This document shows, one piece after another, positions 38,001-51,900 of a stretch of DNA of 64,000 nt (within the stretch, counting starts at the first letter, position 1; every line of letters starts with the position of its first letter). The stretch spans positions 3,658,001 to 3,722,000 of the forward strand of contig OZ024744.1 in the NCBI GenBank assembly GCA_964016885.1. Direction: 5' to 3'. The stretch comes from Eledone cirrhosa. Lineage: Eukaryota. The position numbers and the translations under genes were made by a program. Below the pieces are notes generated by a model. That model searched no databases and was not told where the DNA came from. It worked only from the letters and a program-made list of their open reading frames with translations.

Positions 38001-41000
38001 GGGAAGACAAGGTAGAGAAAGATAGCTTGGTGAAGAACGAAGTTTTGGGGAAGACAGTGTAGAGAAAGATAGCTTGGTGAAGAACGAAGTTTTGGGGGAA
38101 GACAAGGTAGAGAAAGATAGCTTGGTGAAGAACGAAGTTTTGAGGGAAGACAAGGTAGAGAAAGATAGCTTGGTGAATAACGAAGTTTTGGGAGAAGACA
38201 AGGTAGAGAAAGATAGCTTGGTGAAGAACGACGTTTTGAGGGAAGACAAGGTAGAGAAAGATAGCTTGGTGAAGAACGAAGTTTTGGGGAAGACAATGTA
38301 GAGAAAGATAGCTTGGTGAAGAACGAAGTTTTGGGGGAAGACAAGGTAGAGAAAGATAGCTTGGTGAAGAACGAAGTTTTGAGGGAAGACAAGGTAGAGA
38401 AAGATAGCTTGGTGAATAACGAAGTTTTGGGGGAAGACAAGGTAGAGAAAGATAGCTTGGTGAAGAACGAAGTTTTGAGGGAAGACAAGGTAGAGAAAGA
38501 TAGCTTGGTGAATAACGAAGTTTTGGGAGAAGACAAGGTAGAGAAAGATAGTTGCTGAAGAACGAAGTTTTGAAGGAAGACAAGGCAGAGAAAGATAGCT
38601 TGGTGAAGAACGAAGTTTTGAGGGAAGACAAGGTAGAGAAAGATAGCTTGGTGAAGAACGACGTTTTGTGGGAAGACAAGGTAGAGAAAGATAGCTTGGT
38701 GAAGAACGAAGTTTTGGGGGAAGACAAGGTAGAGAAAGATAGCTTGGTGAAGAACGAAGTTTTGGGGGAAGACAAGGTAGAGAAAGATAGCTTGGTGAAG
38801 AACGACGTTTTAAGGGAAAACAAGGTATAGAAAGATAGCTTGGTGAATAACGAAGTTTTGGGAGAAGACAAGGTGGAGAAAGATAGCTTGGTGAAGAACG
38901 AATTTTGAGGGAAGACAAGGTAGAGAAAGATAGCTTGGTGAAGAACGACGTTTTGTGGGAAGACAAGGTAGAGAAAGATAGATTGGTGAAGGACGAAGTT
39001 TTGAGGGATGACAAGGTAGAGAAAGATGACTTGGTGAAGAACGAAGTTTTGGGGGAAGACAAGGTAGAGAAAGATAGCTCGGTGAAGAACGAAGTTTTGG
39101 GGGAAGACAAGGTAGAGAAAGATAGCTTGGTGAAGAACGAAGTTTTGGGGGAAGACAAGGTAGAGAAAGATAGCTTGGTGAAGAACGAAGTTTTGAGGGA
39201 AGACAAGGTAGAGAAAGATAGCTTGGTGAATAACGAAGTTTTGGGAGAATACAAGGTAGAGAAAGATAGCTTGGTGAAGAACGATGTTTTGAGGGAAGAC
39301 AAGGTAGAGAAAGATAGTTTGGTGAAGAACGACGTTTTGAGGGAAGACAAGGTAGAGAAAGATAGCTTGGTGAAGAACGACGTTTTGTGGGAAGACAAGG
39401 TAGAGAAAGATAGCTTGGTGAAGAACGAAGTTTTGGGGGAAGACAAGGTAGAGAAAGATAGCTTGCGAAGAACGAAGTTTTGGGGGAAGACAAGGTAGAG
39501 AAAGATAGCTTGGTGAAGAACGAAGTTTTGGGGGAGGACAAGGTAGAGAAAGATAGCTTGGTGAAGAACGACGTTTTGAGGGAAGGCAAGGTAGAGAAAG
39601 ATAGCTTGGTGAAGAACGAAGTTTTGACGGAAGACAAGGTAGAGAAAGATAGCTTGGTGAAGAATGACGTTTTGTGGGAAGACAAGGTAGAGAAAGATAG
39701 CTTGGTGAATAACGAAGTTTTGAGGGAAGACCAGGTAGAGAAAGATAGCTTGGTGAAGAACGAAGTTTTGGGGGAAGAAAAGGTAGAGAAAGATAGCTTG
39801 GTGAAGAACGAAGTTTTGAGGGAAGACAAGGTAGAGAAAGATAGCTTGGTGAAGAACGACGTTTTGTGGGAAGACAAGGTAGAGAAAGATAGCTTGGTGA
39901 AGAACGAAGTTTTGTGGGAAGTCAAGGTAGAGAAAGATAGCTTGGTGAAGAACGAAGTTTTGGGGGAAGACAAGGTAGAGAAATATAGCTTGGTGAACAA
40001 CGAAGTTTTGGGGGAAGACAAGGTAGAAAAAGATAGCTTGGTAAAGAACGAAGTTTTGGGGAAAACAATGTAGAGAAAGATAGCTTGGTGAAGAACGAAG
40101 TTTTGGGGGAAGACAAGGTAGAGAAAGATAGCTTGGTGAAGAACGAAGTTTTGAGGGAAGACAAGGTAGAGAAAGATAGCTTGGTGAATAACGAAGTTTT
40201 GGGAGAAGACAAGGTAGAGAAAGATAGCTTGGTGAAGAACGAAATTTTGAGGGAAGACAAGGTAGAGAAAGATAGCTTGGTGAAGAACGAAGTTTTGGGG
40301 AAGACAATGTAGAGAAAGATAGCTTGGTGAAGAACGAAGTTTTGGGGGAAGACAAGGTAGAGAAAGATAGCTTGGTGAAGAACGAAGTTTTGGGGGAAGA
40401 CAAGGTAGAGAAAGATAGCTTGGTGAAGAACGACGTTTTGAGGGAAGACAAGGTAGAGAAAGATAGCTTGGTGAAGAACGAAGTTTTGGGGAAGACAATG
40501 TAGAGAAAGATAGCTTGGTGAAGAACGAAGTTTTGGGGGAAGACAAGGTAGAGAAAGATAGCTTGGTGAAGAACGAAGTTTTGGGGGAAGACAAGGTAGA
40601 GAAAGATAGCTTGGTGAATAACGAAGTTTTGGGAGAAGACAAGGTAGAGAAAGATAGCTTGGTGAAGAACGACGTTTTGAGGGAAGACAAGGTAGAGAAA
40701 GATAGCTTGGTGAAGAACGACGTTTTGTGGGAAGACAAGGTAGAGAAAGATAGCTTGGTGAAGAACGAAGTTTTGGGGGAAGACAAGGTAGAGAAAGATA
40801 GCTTGGTGAAGAACGAAGTTTTGGGGGAAGACACGGTAGAGAAAGATAGCTTGGTGAAGAACGAAGTTTTGGGGGAAGACAAGGTAGAGAAAGATAGCTT
40901 GGTGAAGAACGACGTTTTGAGGGAAGACAAGGTAGAGAAAGATAGCTTGGTGAAGAACGACGTTTTGTGGGAAGACAAGGTAGAGAAAGATAGCTTGGTG

Positions 41001-41429
41001 AAGAACGAAGTTTTGGGGGAAGACAAGGTAGAGAAATATAGCTTGGTGAAGAACGAAGTTTTGGGGAAGACAGTGTAGAGAAAGATAGCTTGGTGAAGAA
41101 CGAAGTTTTGGGGGAAGACAAGGTAGAGAAAGATAGCTTGGTGAAGAACGAAGTTTTGAGGGAAGACAAGGTAGAGAAAGATAGCTTGGTGAATAACGAA
41201 GTTTTGGGAGAAGACAAGGTAGAGAAAGATAGCTTGGTGAAGAACGACGTTTTGAGGGAAGACAAGGTAGAGAAAGATAGCTTGGTGAAGAACGAAGTTT
41301 TGGGGAAGACAATGTAGAGAAAGATAGCTTGGTGAAGAACGAAGTTTTGGGGGAAGACAAGGTAGAGAAAGATAGCTTGGTGAAGAACGAAGTTTTGAGG
41401 GAAGACAAGGTAGAGAAAGATAGCTTGGT

Positions 41430-44400
41430 GAATAACGAAGTTTTGGGAGAAGACAAGGTAGAGAAAGATAGTTGGTGAAGAACGAAGTTTTGAAGGAAGA
41501 CAAGGCAGAGAAAGATAGCTTGGTGAAGAACGAAGTTTTGAGGGAAGACAAGGTAGAGAAAGATAGCTTGGTGAAGAACGAAGTTTTGGGGGAAGACAAG
41601 GTAGAGAAAGATAGCTTGGTGAAGAACGAAGTTTTGAGGGAAAACAAGGTAGAAAAAAGATAGCTTGGTGAATAACGAAGTTTTGGGAGAAGACAAGGTG
41701 GAGAAAGATAGCTTGGTGAAGAACGAAGTTTTGGGGGAAGACAAGGTAGAGAAAGATAGCTTGGTGAAGAACGAAGTTTTGGGGGAAGACAAGGTAGAGA
41801 AAGATAGCTTGGTGAAGAACGACGTTTTGAGGGAAGACAAGGTAGAGAAAGATAGCTTGGTGAAGAACGAAGTTTTGGGGAAGACAATGTAGAGAAAGAT
41901 AGCTTGGTGAAGAACGAAGTTTTGGGGGAAGACAAGGTAGAGAAAGATAGCTTGTTGAAGAACGAAGTTCTGAGGGAAGGCAAGGTAGAGAAAGATAGCT
42001 TGGAGAAGAACGAAGTTTTGGGAGAAGACAAGGTAGAGAAAGATAGTTGGTGAAGAACGAAGTTTTGAAGGAAGACAAGGCAGAGAAAGATAGCTTGGTG
42101 AAGAACGAAGTTTTGAGGGAAGACAAGGTAGAGAAAGATAGCTTGGTGAAGAACGACGTTTTGTGGGAAGACAAGGTAGAGAAAGATAGCTTGGTGAAGA
42201 ACGAAGTTTTGGGGGAAGACAAGGTAGAGAAAGATAGCTTGGTGAAGAACGAAGTTTTGGGGGAAGACAAGGTAGAGAAAGATAGCTTGGTGAAGAACGA
42301 AGTTTTGAGGGAAAACAAGGTAGAGAAAGATAGCTTGGTGAATAACGAAGTTTTGGGAGAAGACAAGGTGGAGAAAGATAGCTTGGTGAAGAACGAATTT
42401 TGAGGGAAGACAAGGTAGAGAAAGATAGCATGGTGAAGAACGACGTTTTGTGGGAAGACAAGGTAGAGAAAGATAGATTGGTGAAGGACGAAGTTTTGAG
42501 GGATGACAAGGTAGAGAAAGATGACTTGGTGAAGAACGAAGTTTTGGGGGAAGACAAGGTAGAGAAAGATAGCTTGGTGAAGAACGAAGTTTTGGGGGAA
42601 GACAAGGTAGAGAAAGATAGCTTGGTGAAGAACGAAGTTTTGAGGGAAGACAAGGTAGAGAAAGATAGCTTGGTGAATAACGAAGTTTTGGGAGAATACA
42701 AGGTAGAGAAAGATAGCTTGGTGAAGAACGATGTTTTGAGGGAAGACAAGGTAGAGAAAGATAGCTTGGTGAAGAACGACGTTTTGAGGGAAGAGAAGGT
42801 AGAGAAAGATAGCTTGGTGAAGAACGACGTTTTGTGGGAAGACAAGGTAGAGAAAGATAGCTTGCGAAGAACGAAGTTTTGGGGGAAGACAAGGTAGAGA
42901 AAGATAGCTTGGTGAAGAACGACGTTTTGAGGGAAGGCAAGGTAGAGAAAGATAGCTTGGTGAAGAACGAAGTTTTGTGGGAAGACAAGGTAGAGAAAGA
43001 TAGCTTGGTGAAGAACGACGTTTTGTGGGAAGACAAGGTAGAGAAAGATAGCTTGCGAAGAACGAAGTTTTGGGGGAGGACAAGGTAGAGAAAGATAGCT
43101 TGGTGAAGAACGACGTTTTGAGGGAAGGCAAGGTAGAGAAAGATAGCTTGGTGAAGAACGAAGTTTTGTGGGAAGACAAGGTAGAGAAAGATAGCTTGGT
43201 GAAGAACGAAGTTTTGTGGGAAGTCCAGGTAGAGAAAGATAGCTTGGTGAAGAACGAAGTTTTGGGGGAAGACAAGGTAGAGAAATATAGCTTGGTGAAC
43301 AACGAAGTTTTGGGGGAAGACAAGGTAGAAAAAGATAGCTTGGTAAAGAACGAAGTTTTGGGGAAAACAATGTAGAGAAAGATAGCTTGGTGAAGAACGA
43401 AGTTTTGGGGGAAGACAAGGTAGAGAAAGATAGCTTGGTGAAGAACGAAGTTTTGAGGGAAGACAAGGTAGAGAAAGATAGCTTGGTGAATAACGAAGTT
43501 TTGGGAGAAGACAAGGTAGAGAAAGATAGCTTGGTGAAGAACGACGTTTTGAGGGAAGACAAGGTAGAGAACGATAGCTTGGTGAAGAACGAAGTTTTGG
43601 GGGAAGACAAGGTAGAGAAAGATAGCTTGGTGAAGAACGACGTTTTGAGGGAAGACAAGGTAGAGAAAGATAGCTTGGTGAAGAACGAAGTTTTGGGGAA
43701 GACAATGTAGAGAAAGATAGCTTGGTGAAGGACGAAGTTTTGGGGGAAGACAAGGTAGAGAAAGATAGCTTGTTGAAGAACGAAGTTCTGAGGGAAGGCA
43801 AGGTAGAGAAAGATAGCTTGGTGAAGAACGAAGTTTTGGGAGAAGACAAGGTAGAGACAGATATCTTGGTGAAGAACGAAGTTTTGACGGAAGACAAGGT
43901 AGAGAAAGATAGCTTGGTGAAGAATGACGTTTTGTGGGAAGACAAGGTAGAGAAAGATAGCTTGGTGAAGAACGAAGTTTTGTGTGAAGACAAGCTAGAG
44001 AAAGATAGCTTGGTGAAGAACGAAGTTTTGGGGGAAGACAAGGTAGAGAAAGATAGATTGGTGAAGAACGAAGTTTTGAGGGATGACAAGGTAGAGAAAG
44101 ATGACTTGGTGAAGAACGAAGTTTTGGGTGAAGACAAGGTAGAGAAAGATAGCTTGGTGAAGAACGAAGTTTTGGGGGAAGAGAAGGTAGAGAAAGATAG
44201 CTTGGTGAAGAACGAAGTTTTGAGGGAAGACAAGGTAGAGAAAGATAGCTTGGTGAATAACGAAGTTTTGGGAGAAGACAAGGTAGAGAAAGATAGCTTG
44301 GTGAATAACGAAGTTTTGGGAGAAGACAAGGTCGAGAAAGATAGCTTGGTGAAGAACGAAATTTTGAGGGAAGACAAGGTAGAGAAAGATAGCTTGGTGA

Positions 44401-47400
44401 AGAACGACGTTTTGAGGGAAGACAAGATAGAGAAAGATAGCTTGGTGAAGAATGACGTTTTGTGGGAAGACAAGGTAGAGAAAGATAGCTTGGTGAAGAA
44501 CGAAGTTTTGGGGGAAGACAAGGTAGAGGAAGATAGCTTGGTGAAGAACGAAGTTTTGGGGGAAGACAAGGTAGAGAAAGATAGCTTGGTGAAGAACGAC
44601 GTTTTGAGGGAAGGCAAGGTAGAGAAAGATAGCTTGGTGAAGAACGAAGTTTTGTGGGAAGACAAGGTAGAGAAAGATAGCTTGGTGAAGAACGAAGTTT
44701 TGTGGGAAGTCCAGGTAGAGAAAGATAGCTTGGTGAAGAACGAAGTTTTGGGGGAAGACAAGGTAGAGAAATATAGCTTGGTGAACAACGAAGTTTTGGG
44801 GGAAGACAAGGTAGAAAAAGATAGCTTGGTAAAGAACGAAGTTTTGGGGAAAACAATGTAGAGAAAGATAGCTTGGTGAAGAACGAAGTTTTGGGGGAAG
44901 ACAAGGTAGAGAAAGATAGCTTGGTGAAGAACGACGTTTTGAGGGAAGACAAGGTAGAGAAAGATAGCTTGGTGAAGAACGAAGTTTTGGGGGAAGACAA
45001 GGTAGAGAAAGATAGCTTGGTGAAGAACGACGTTTTGAGGGAAGACAAGGTAGAGAAAGATAGCTTGGTGAAGAACGAAGTTTTGGGGAAGACAATGTAG
45101 AGAAAGATAGCTTGGTGAAGAACGAAGTTTTGGGGGAAGACAAGGTAGAGAAAGATAGCTTGTTGAAGAACGAAGTTCTGAGGGAAGGCAAGGTAGAGAA
45201 AGATAGCTTGGTGAAGAACGAAGTTTTGGGAGAAGACAAGGTAGAGACAGATATCTTGGTGAAGAACGAAGTTTTGACGGAAGACAAGGTAGAGAAAGAT
45301 AGCTTGGTGAAGAATGACGTTTTGTGGGAAGACAAGGTAGAGAAAGATAGCTTGGTGAAGAACGAAGTTTTGTGTGAAGACAAGCTAGAGAAAGATAGCT
45401 TGGTGAAGAACGAAGTTTTGGGGGAAGACAAGGTAGAGAAAGATAGCTTGGTGAATAACGAAGTTTTGGGAGAAGACAAGGTAGAGAAAGATAGTTGGTG
45501 AAGAACGAAGTTTTGAAGGAAGACAAGGCAGAGAAAGATAGCTTGGTGAAGAACGAAGTTTTGAGGGAAGACAAGGTAGAGAAAGATAGCTTGGTGAAGA
45601 ACGAAGTTTTGGGGGAAGACAAGGTAGAGAAAGATAGCTTGGTGAAGAACGAAGTTTTGAGGGAAAACAAGGTAGAAAAAAGATAGCTTGGTGAATAACG
45701 AAGTTTTGGGAGAAGACAAGGTGGAGAAAGATAGCTTGGTGAAGAACGAAGTTTTGGGGGAAGACAAGGTAGAGAAAGATAGCTTGGTGAAGAACGAAGT
45801 TTTGGGGGAAGACAAGGTAGAGAAAGATAGCTTGGTGAAGAACGACGTTTTGAGGGAAGACAAGGTAGAGAAAGATAGCTTGGTGAAGAACGAAGTTTTG
45901 GGGAAGACAATGTAGAGAAAGATAGCTTGGTGAAGAACGAAGTTTTGGGGGAAGACAAGGTAGAGAAAGATAGCTTGTTGAAGAACGAAGTTCTGAGGGA
46001 AGGCAAGGTAGAGAAAGATAGCTTGGAGAAGAACGAAGTTTTGGGAGAAGACAAGGTAGAGAAAGATAGTTGGTGAAGAACGAAGTTTTGAAGGAAGACA
46101 AGGCAGAGAAAGATAGCTTGGTGAAGAACGAAGTTTTGAGGGAAGACAAGGTAGAGAAAGATAGCTTGGTGAAGAACGACGTTTTGTGGGAAGACAAGGT
46201 AGAGAAAGATAGCTTGGTGAAGAACGAAGTTTTGGGGGAAGACAAGGTAGAGAAAGATAGCTTGGTGAAGAACGAAGTTTTGGGGGAAGACAAGGTAGAG
46301 AAAGATAGCTTGGTGAAGAACGAAGTTTTGAGGGAAAACAAGGTAGAGAAAGATAGCTTGGTGAATAACGAAGTTTTGGGAGAAGACAAGGTGGAGAAAG
46401 ATAGCTTGGTGAAGAACGAATTTTGAGGGAAGACAAGGTAGAGAAAGATAGCATGGTGAAGAACGACGTTTTGTGGGAAGACAAGGTAGAGAAAGATAGA
46501 TTGGTGAAGGACGAAGTTTTGAGGGATGACAAGGTAGAGAAAGATGACTTGGTGAAGAACGAAGTTTTGGGGGAAGACAAGGTAGAGAAAGATAGCTTGG
46601 TGAAGAACGAAGTTTTGGGGGAAGACAAGGTAGAGAAAGATAGCTTGGTGAAGAACGAAGTTTTGAGGGAAGACAAGGTAGAGAAAGATAGCTTGGTGAA
46701 TAACGAAGTTTTGGGAGAATACAAGGTAGAGAAAGATAGCTTGGTGAAGAACGATGTTTTGAGGGAAGACAAGGTAGAGAAAGATAGCTTGGTGAAGAAC
46801 GACGTTTTGAGGGAAGAGAAGGTAGAGAAAGATAGCTTGGTGAAGAACGACGTTTTGTGGGAAGACAAGGTAGAGAAAGATAGCTTGCGAAGAACGAAGT
46901 TTTGGGGGAAGACAAGGTAGAGAAAGATAGCTTGGTGAAGAACGAAGTTTTGGGGGAGGACAAGGTAGAGAAAGATAGCTTGGTGAAGAACGACGTTTTG
47001 AGGGAAGGCAAGGTAGAGAAAGATAGCTTGGTGAAGAACGAAGTTTTGTGGGAAGACAAGGTAGAGAAAGATAGCTTGGTGAAGAACGAAGTTTTGTGGG
47101 AAGTCCAGGTAGAGAAAGATAGCTTGGTGAAGAACGAAGTTTTGGGGGAAGACAAGGTAGAGAAATATAGCTTGGTGAACAACGAAGTTTTGGGGGAAGA
47201 CAAGGTAGAAAAAGATAGCTTGGTAAAGAACGAAGTTTTGGGGAAAACAATGTAGAGAAAGATAGCTTGGTGAAGAACGAAGTTTTGGGGGAAGACAAGG
47301 TAGAGAAAGATAGCTTGGTGAAGAACGAAGTTTTGAGGGAAGACAAGGTAGAGAAAGATAGCTTGGTGAATAACGAAGTTTTGGGAGAAGACAAGGTAGA

Positions 47401-48460
47401 GAAAGATAGCTTGGTGAAGAACGACGTTTTGAGGGAAGACAAGGTAGAGAACGATAGCTTGGTGAAGAACGAAGTTTTGGGGGAAGACAAGGTAGAGAAA
47501 GATAGCTTGGTGAAGAACGACGTTTTGAGGGAAGACAAGGTAGAGAAAGATAGCTTGGTGAAGAACGAAGTTTTGGGGAAGACAATGTAGAGAAAGATAG
47601 CTTGGTGAAGAACGAAGTTTTGGGGGAAGACAAGGTAGAGAAAGATAGCTTGTTGAAGAACGAAGTTCTGAGGGAAGGCAAGGTAGAGAAAGATAGCTTG
47701 GTGAAGAACGAAGTTTTGGGAGAAGACAAGGTAGAGACAGATATCTTGGTGAAGAACGAAGTTTTGACGGAAGACAAGGTAGAGAAAGATAGCTTGGTGA
47801 AGAATGACGTTTTGTGGGAAGACAAGGTAGAGAAAGATAGCTTGGTGAAGAACGAAGTTTTGTGTGAAGACAAGCTAGAGAAAGATAGCTTGGTGAAGAA
47901 CGAAGTTTTGGGGGAAGACAAGGTAGAGAAAGATAGATTGGTGAAGAACGAAGTTTTGAGGGATGACAAGGTAGAGAAAGATGACTTGGTGAAGAACGAA
48001 ATTTTGGGTGAAGACAAGGTAGAGAAAGATAGCTTGGTGAAGAACGAAGTTTTGGGGGAAGAGAAGGTAGAGAAAGATAGCTTGGTGAAGAACGAAGTTT
48101 TGAGGGAAGACAAGGTAGAGAAAGATAGCTTGGTGAATAACGAAGTTTTGGGAGAAGACAAGGTAGAGAAAGATAGCTTGGTGAATAACGAAGTTTTGGG
48201 AGAAGACAAGGTCGAGAAAGATAGCTTGGTGAAGAACGAAATTTTGAGGGAAGACAAGGTAGAGAAAGATAGCTTGGTGAAGAACGACGTTTTGAGGGAA
48301 GACAAGATAGAGAAAGATAGCTTGGTGAAGAATGACGTTTTGTGGGAAGACAAGGTAGAGAAAGATAGCTTGGTGAAGAACGAAGTTTTGGGGGAAGACA
48401 AGGTAGAGGAAGATAGCTTGGTGAAGAACGAAGTTTTGGGGGAAGACAAGGTAGAGAAAG
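41430..48460 (+). repeat. Duplicated block, offset 4,023 bp (84 monomers minus 9) shifting to 3,880 bp after a 3-monomer difference
   Basis: Offsets 41472/45495, 42047/46070, 42400/46423 and 42879/46902 equal 4,023, while 43387/47267 and 43722/47602 equal 3,880. The +1 A insertion TAGAAAAAAGAT (about 41650 and 45673) and the GAGAACGATAG variant are shared. Confidence 0.88.
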
Positions 48461-48999
48461 ATAGCTTGGTGAAGAACGATGTTTTGGGGAAGACAATGTA
48501 GAGAAGGATAGCTTGGTGAAGAACGAAGTTTTGGGGGAAGACAAGGTAGAGAAAGATGGCTTGGTGAAGAACAAAGTTTTGAGGGAAGACAAGGTAGAGA
48601 AAGATAGCTTGGTGAATAACGAAGTTTTGGGAGAAGACAAGGTCGAGAAAGATAGCTTGGTGAAGAACGATGTTTTGAGGGAAGACAAGGTAGAGAAAGA
48701 TAGCTTGGTGAAGAACGACGTTTTGAGGGAAGAGAAGGTAGAGAAAGATAGCTTGGTGAAGAACGACGTTTTGTGGGAAGACAAGGTAGAGAAAGATAGC
48801 TTGCGAAGAACGAAGTTTTGGGGGAAGACAAGGTAGAGAAAGATAGCTTGGTGAAGAACGAAGTTTTGGGGGAGGACAAGGTAGAGAAAGATAGCTTGGT
48901 GAAGAACGACGTTTTGAGGGAAGGCAAGGTAGAGAAAGATAGCTTGGTGAAGAACGAAGTTTTGTGGGAAGACAAGGTAGAGAAAGATAGCTTGGTGAA

Positions 49000-51900
49000 G
49001 AACGAAGTTTTGTGGGAAGTCCAGGTAGAGAAAGATAGCTTGGTGAAGAACGAAGTTTTGGGGGAAGACAAGGTAGAGAAATATAGCTTGGTGAACAACG
49101 AAGTTTTGGGGGAAGACAAGGTAGAAAAAGATAGCTTGGTAAAGAACGAAGTTTTGGGGAAAACAATGTAGAGAAAGATAGCTTGGTGAAGAACGAAGTT
49201 TTGGGGGAAGACAAGGTAGAGAAAGATAGCTTGGTGAAGAACGACGTTTTGAGGGAAGACAAGGTAGAGAAAGATAGCTTGGTGAAGAACGAAGTTTTGG
49301 GGGAAGACAAGGTAGAGAAAGATAGCTTGGTGAAGAACGACGTTTTGAGGGAAGACAAGGTAGAGAAAGATAGCTTGGTGAAGAACGAAGTTTTGGGGAA
49401 GACAATGTAGAGAAAGATAGCTTGGTGAAGAACGAAGTTTTGGGGGAAGACAAGGTAGAGAAAGATAGCTTGTTGAAGAACGAAGTTCTGAGGGAAGGCA
49501 AGGTAGAGAAAGATAGCTTGGTGAAGAACGAAGTTTTGGGAGAAGACAAGGTAGAGACAGATATCTTGGTGAAGAACGAAGTTTTGACGGAAGACAAGGT
49601 AGAGAAAGATAGCTTGGTGAAGAATGACGTTTTGTGGGAAGACAAGGTAGAGAAAGATAGCTTGGTGAAGAACGAAGTTTTGTGTGAAGACAAGCTAGAG
49701 AAAGATAGCTTGGTGAAGAACGAAGTTTTGGGGGAAGACAAGGTAGAGAAAGATAGATTGGTGAAGAACGAAGTTTTGAGGGATGACAAGGTAGAGAAAG
49801 ATGACTTGGTGAAGAACGAAGTTTTGGGTGAAGACAAGGTAGAGAAAGATAGCTTGGTGATGAACGAAGTTTTGGGGGAGGAGAAGGTAGAGAAAGATAG
49901 CTTGGTGAAGAACGAAGTTTTGAGGGAAGACAAGGTAGAGAAAGATAGCTTGGTGAATAACGAAGTTTTGGGAGAAGACAAGGTAGAGAAAGATAGCTTG
50001 GTGAATAACGAAGTTTTGGGAGAAGACAAGGTCGAGAAAGATAGCTTGGTGAAGAACGAAATTTTGAGGGAAGACAAGGTAGAGAAAGATAGCTTGGTGA
50101 AGAACGACGTTTTGAGGGAAGACAAGATAGAGAAAGATAGCTTGGTGAAGAATGACGTTTTGTGGGAAGACAAGGTAGAGAAAGATAGCTTGGTGAAGAA
50201 CGAAGTTTTGGGGGAAGACAAGGTAGAGGAAGATAGCTTGGTGAAGAACGAAGTTTTGGGGGAAGACAAGGTAGAGAAAGATAGCTTGGTGAAGAACGAT
50301 GTTTTGGGGAAGACAATGTAGAGAAGGATAGCTTGGTGAAGAACGAAGTTTTGGGGGAAGACAAGGTAGAGAAAGATGGCTTGGTGAAGAACAAAGTTTT
50401 GAGGGAAGACAAGGTAGAGAAAGATAGCTTGGTGAATAACGAAGTTTTGGGAGAAGACAAGGTCGAGAAAGATAGCTTGGTGAAGAACGAAGTTTTGAGG
50501 GAAGACAAGGTAGAGAAAGATAGCTTGGTGAGGAACGAAGTTTTGGGGGAAGACAAGGTAGAGAAAGATAGCTTGGTGAAGAACGAAGTTTTGGGGGAAG
50601 ACAAGATAGAGAAAGATAGCTTGGTGAAGAACGAAGTTTTGAGGGAAGACAAGGTAGAGAAAGATATCTTGGTGAAGAACGACGTTTTGTGGGAAGACAA
50701 GGTAGAGAAAGATAGCTTGGTGAAGAACGAAGTTTTGTGGGAAGACAAGGTAGAGAAAGATAGCTTGGTGAAGAACGAAATTTTGAGGGAAGACAAGGTA
50801 GAGAAAGATAGCTTGGTGAAGAACGACGTTTTGAGGGAAGACAAGATAGAGAAACATAGCTTGGTGAAGAACGACGTTTTGTGGGAAGACAAGGTAGAGA
50901 AAGATAGCTTGGTGAAGAACGAAGTTTTGGGGGAAGACAAGGTAGAGAAAGATAGCTTGGTGAAGAACGAAGTTTTGGTGGAAGACAAGGTAGAGAAAGA
51001 TAGCTTGGTGAAGAACGATGTTTTGGGGAAGACACTGTAGAGAAAGATAGCTTGGTGAAGAACGAAGTTTTGGGGGAAGACAAGGTAGAGAAAGATAGCT
51101 TGGTGAAGAACGAAGTTTTGAGGGAAGACAAGGTAGAGAAAGATAGCTTGGTGAATAACGAAGTTTTGGGAGAAAACAAGGTAGAGAAAGATAGTTGGTG
51201 AAGAACAAAGTTTTGAGGGAAGACAAGGTAGAGAAAGATAGCTTGGTGAAGAACGACGTTTTCAGGGAAGACAAGGTAGAGAAAGATAGCTTGGTGAAGA
51301 ACGAAGTTTTGGGGGAAGACAAGGTAGAGAAAGATAGCTTGGTGAAGAACGAGGTTTTGGGGAAGACAATGTAGAGAAAGATAGCTTGGTGAAGAACGAA
51401 GTTTTGTGGGAAGTCCAGGTAGAGAAAGATAGCTTGGTGAAGAACGAAGTTTTGGGGGAAGACAAGGTAGAGAAATATAGCTTGGTGAACAACGAAGTTT
51501 TGGGGGAAGACAAGGTAGAAAAAGATAGCTTGGTAAAGAACGAAGTTTTGGGGAAAACAATGTAGAGAAAGATAGCTTGGTGAAGAACGAAGTTTTGGGG
51601 GAAGACAAGGTAGAGAAAGATAGCTTGGTGAAGAACGACGTTTTGAGGGAAGACAAGGTAGAGAAAGATAGCTTGGTGAAGAACGAAGTTTTGGGGGAAG
51701 ACAAGGTAGAGAAAGATAGCTTGGTGAAGAACGACGTTTTGAGGGAAGACAAGGTAGAGAAAGATAGCTTGGTGAAGAACGAAGTTTTGGGGAAGACAAT
51801 GTAGAGAAAGATAGCTTGGTGAAGAACGAAGTTTTGGGGGAAGACAAGGTAGAGAAAGATAGCTTGTTGAAGAACGAAGTTCTGAGGGAAGGCAAGGTAG

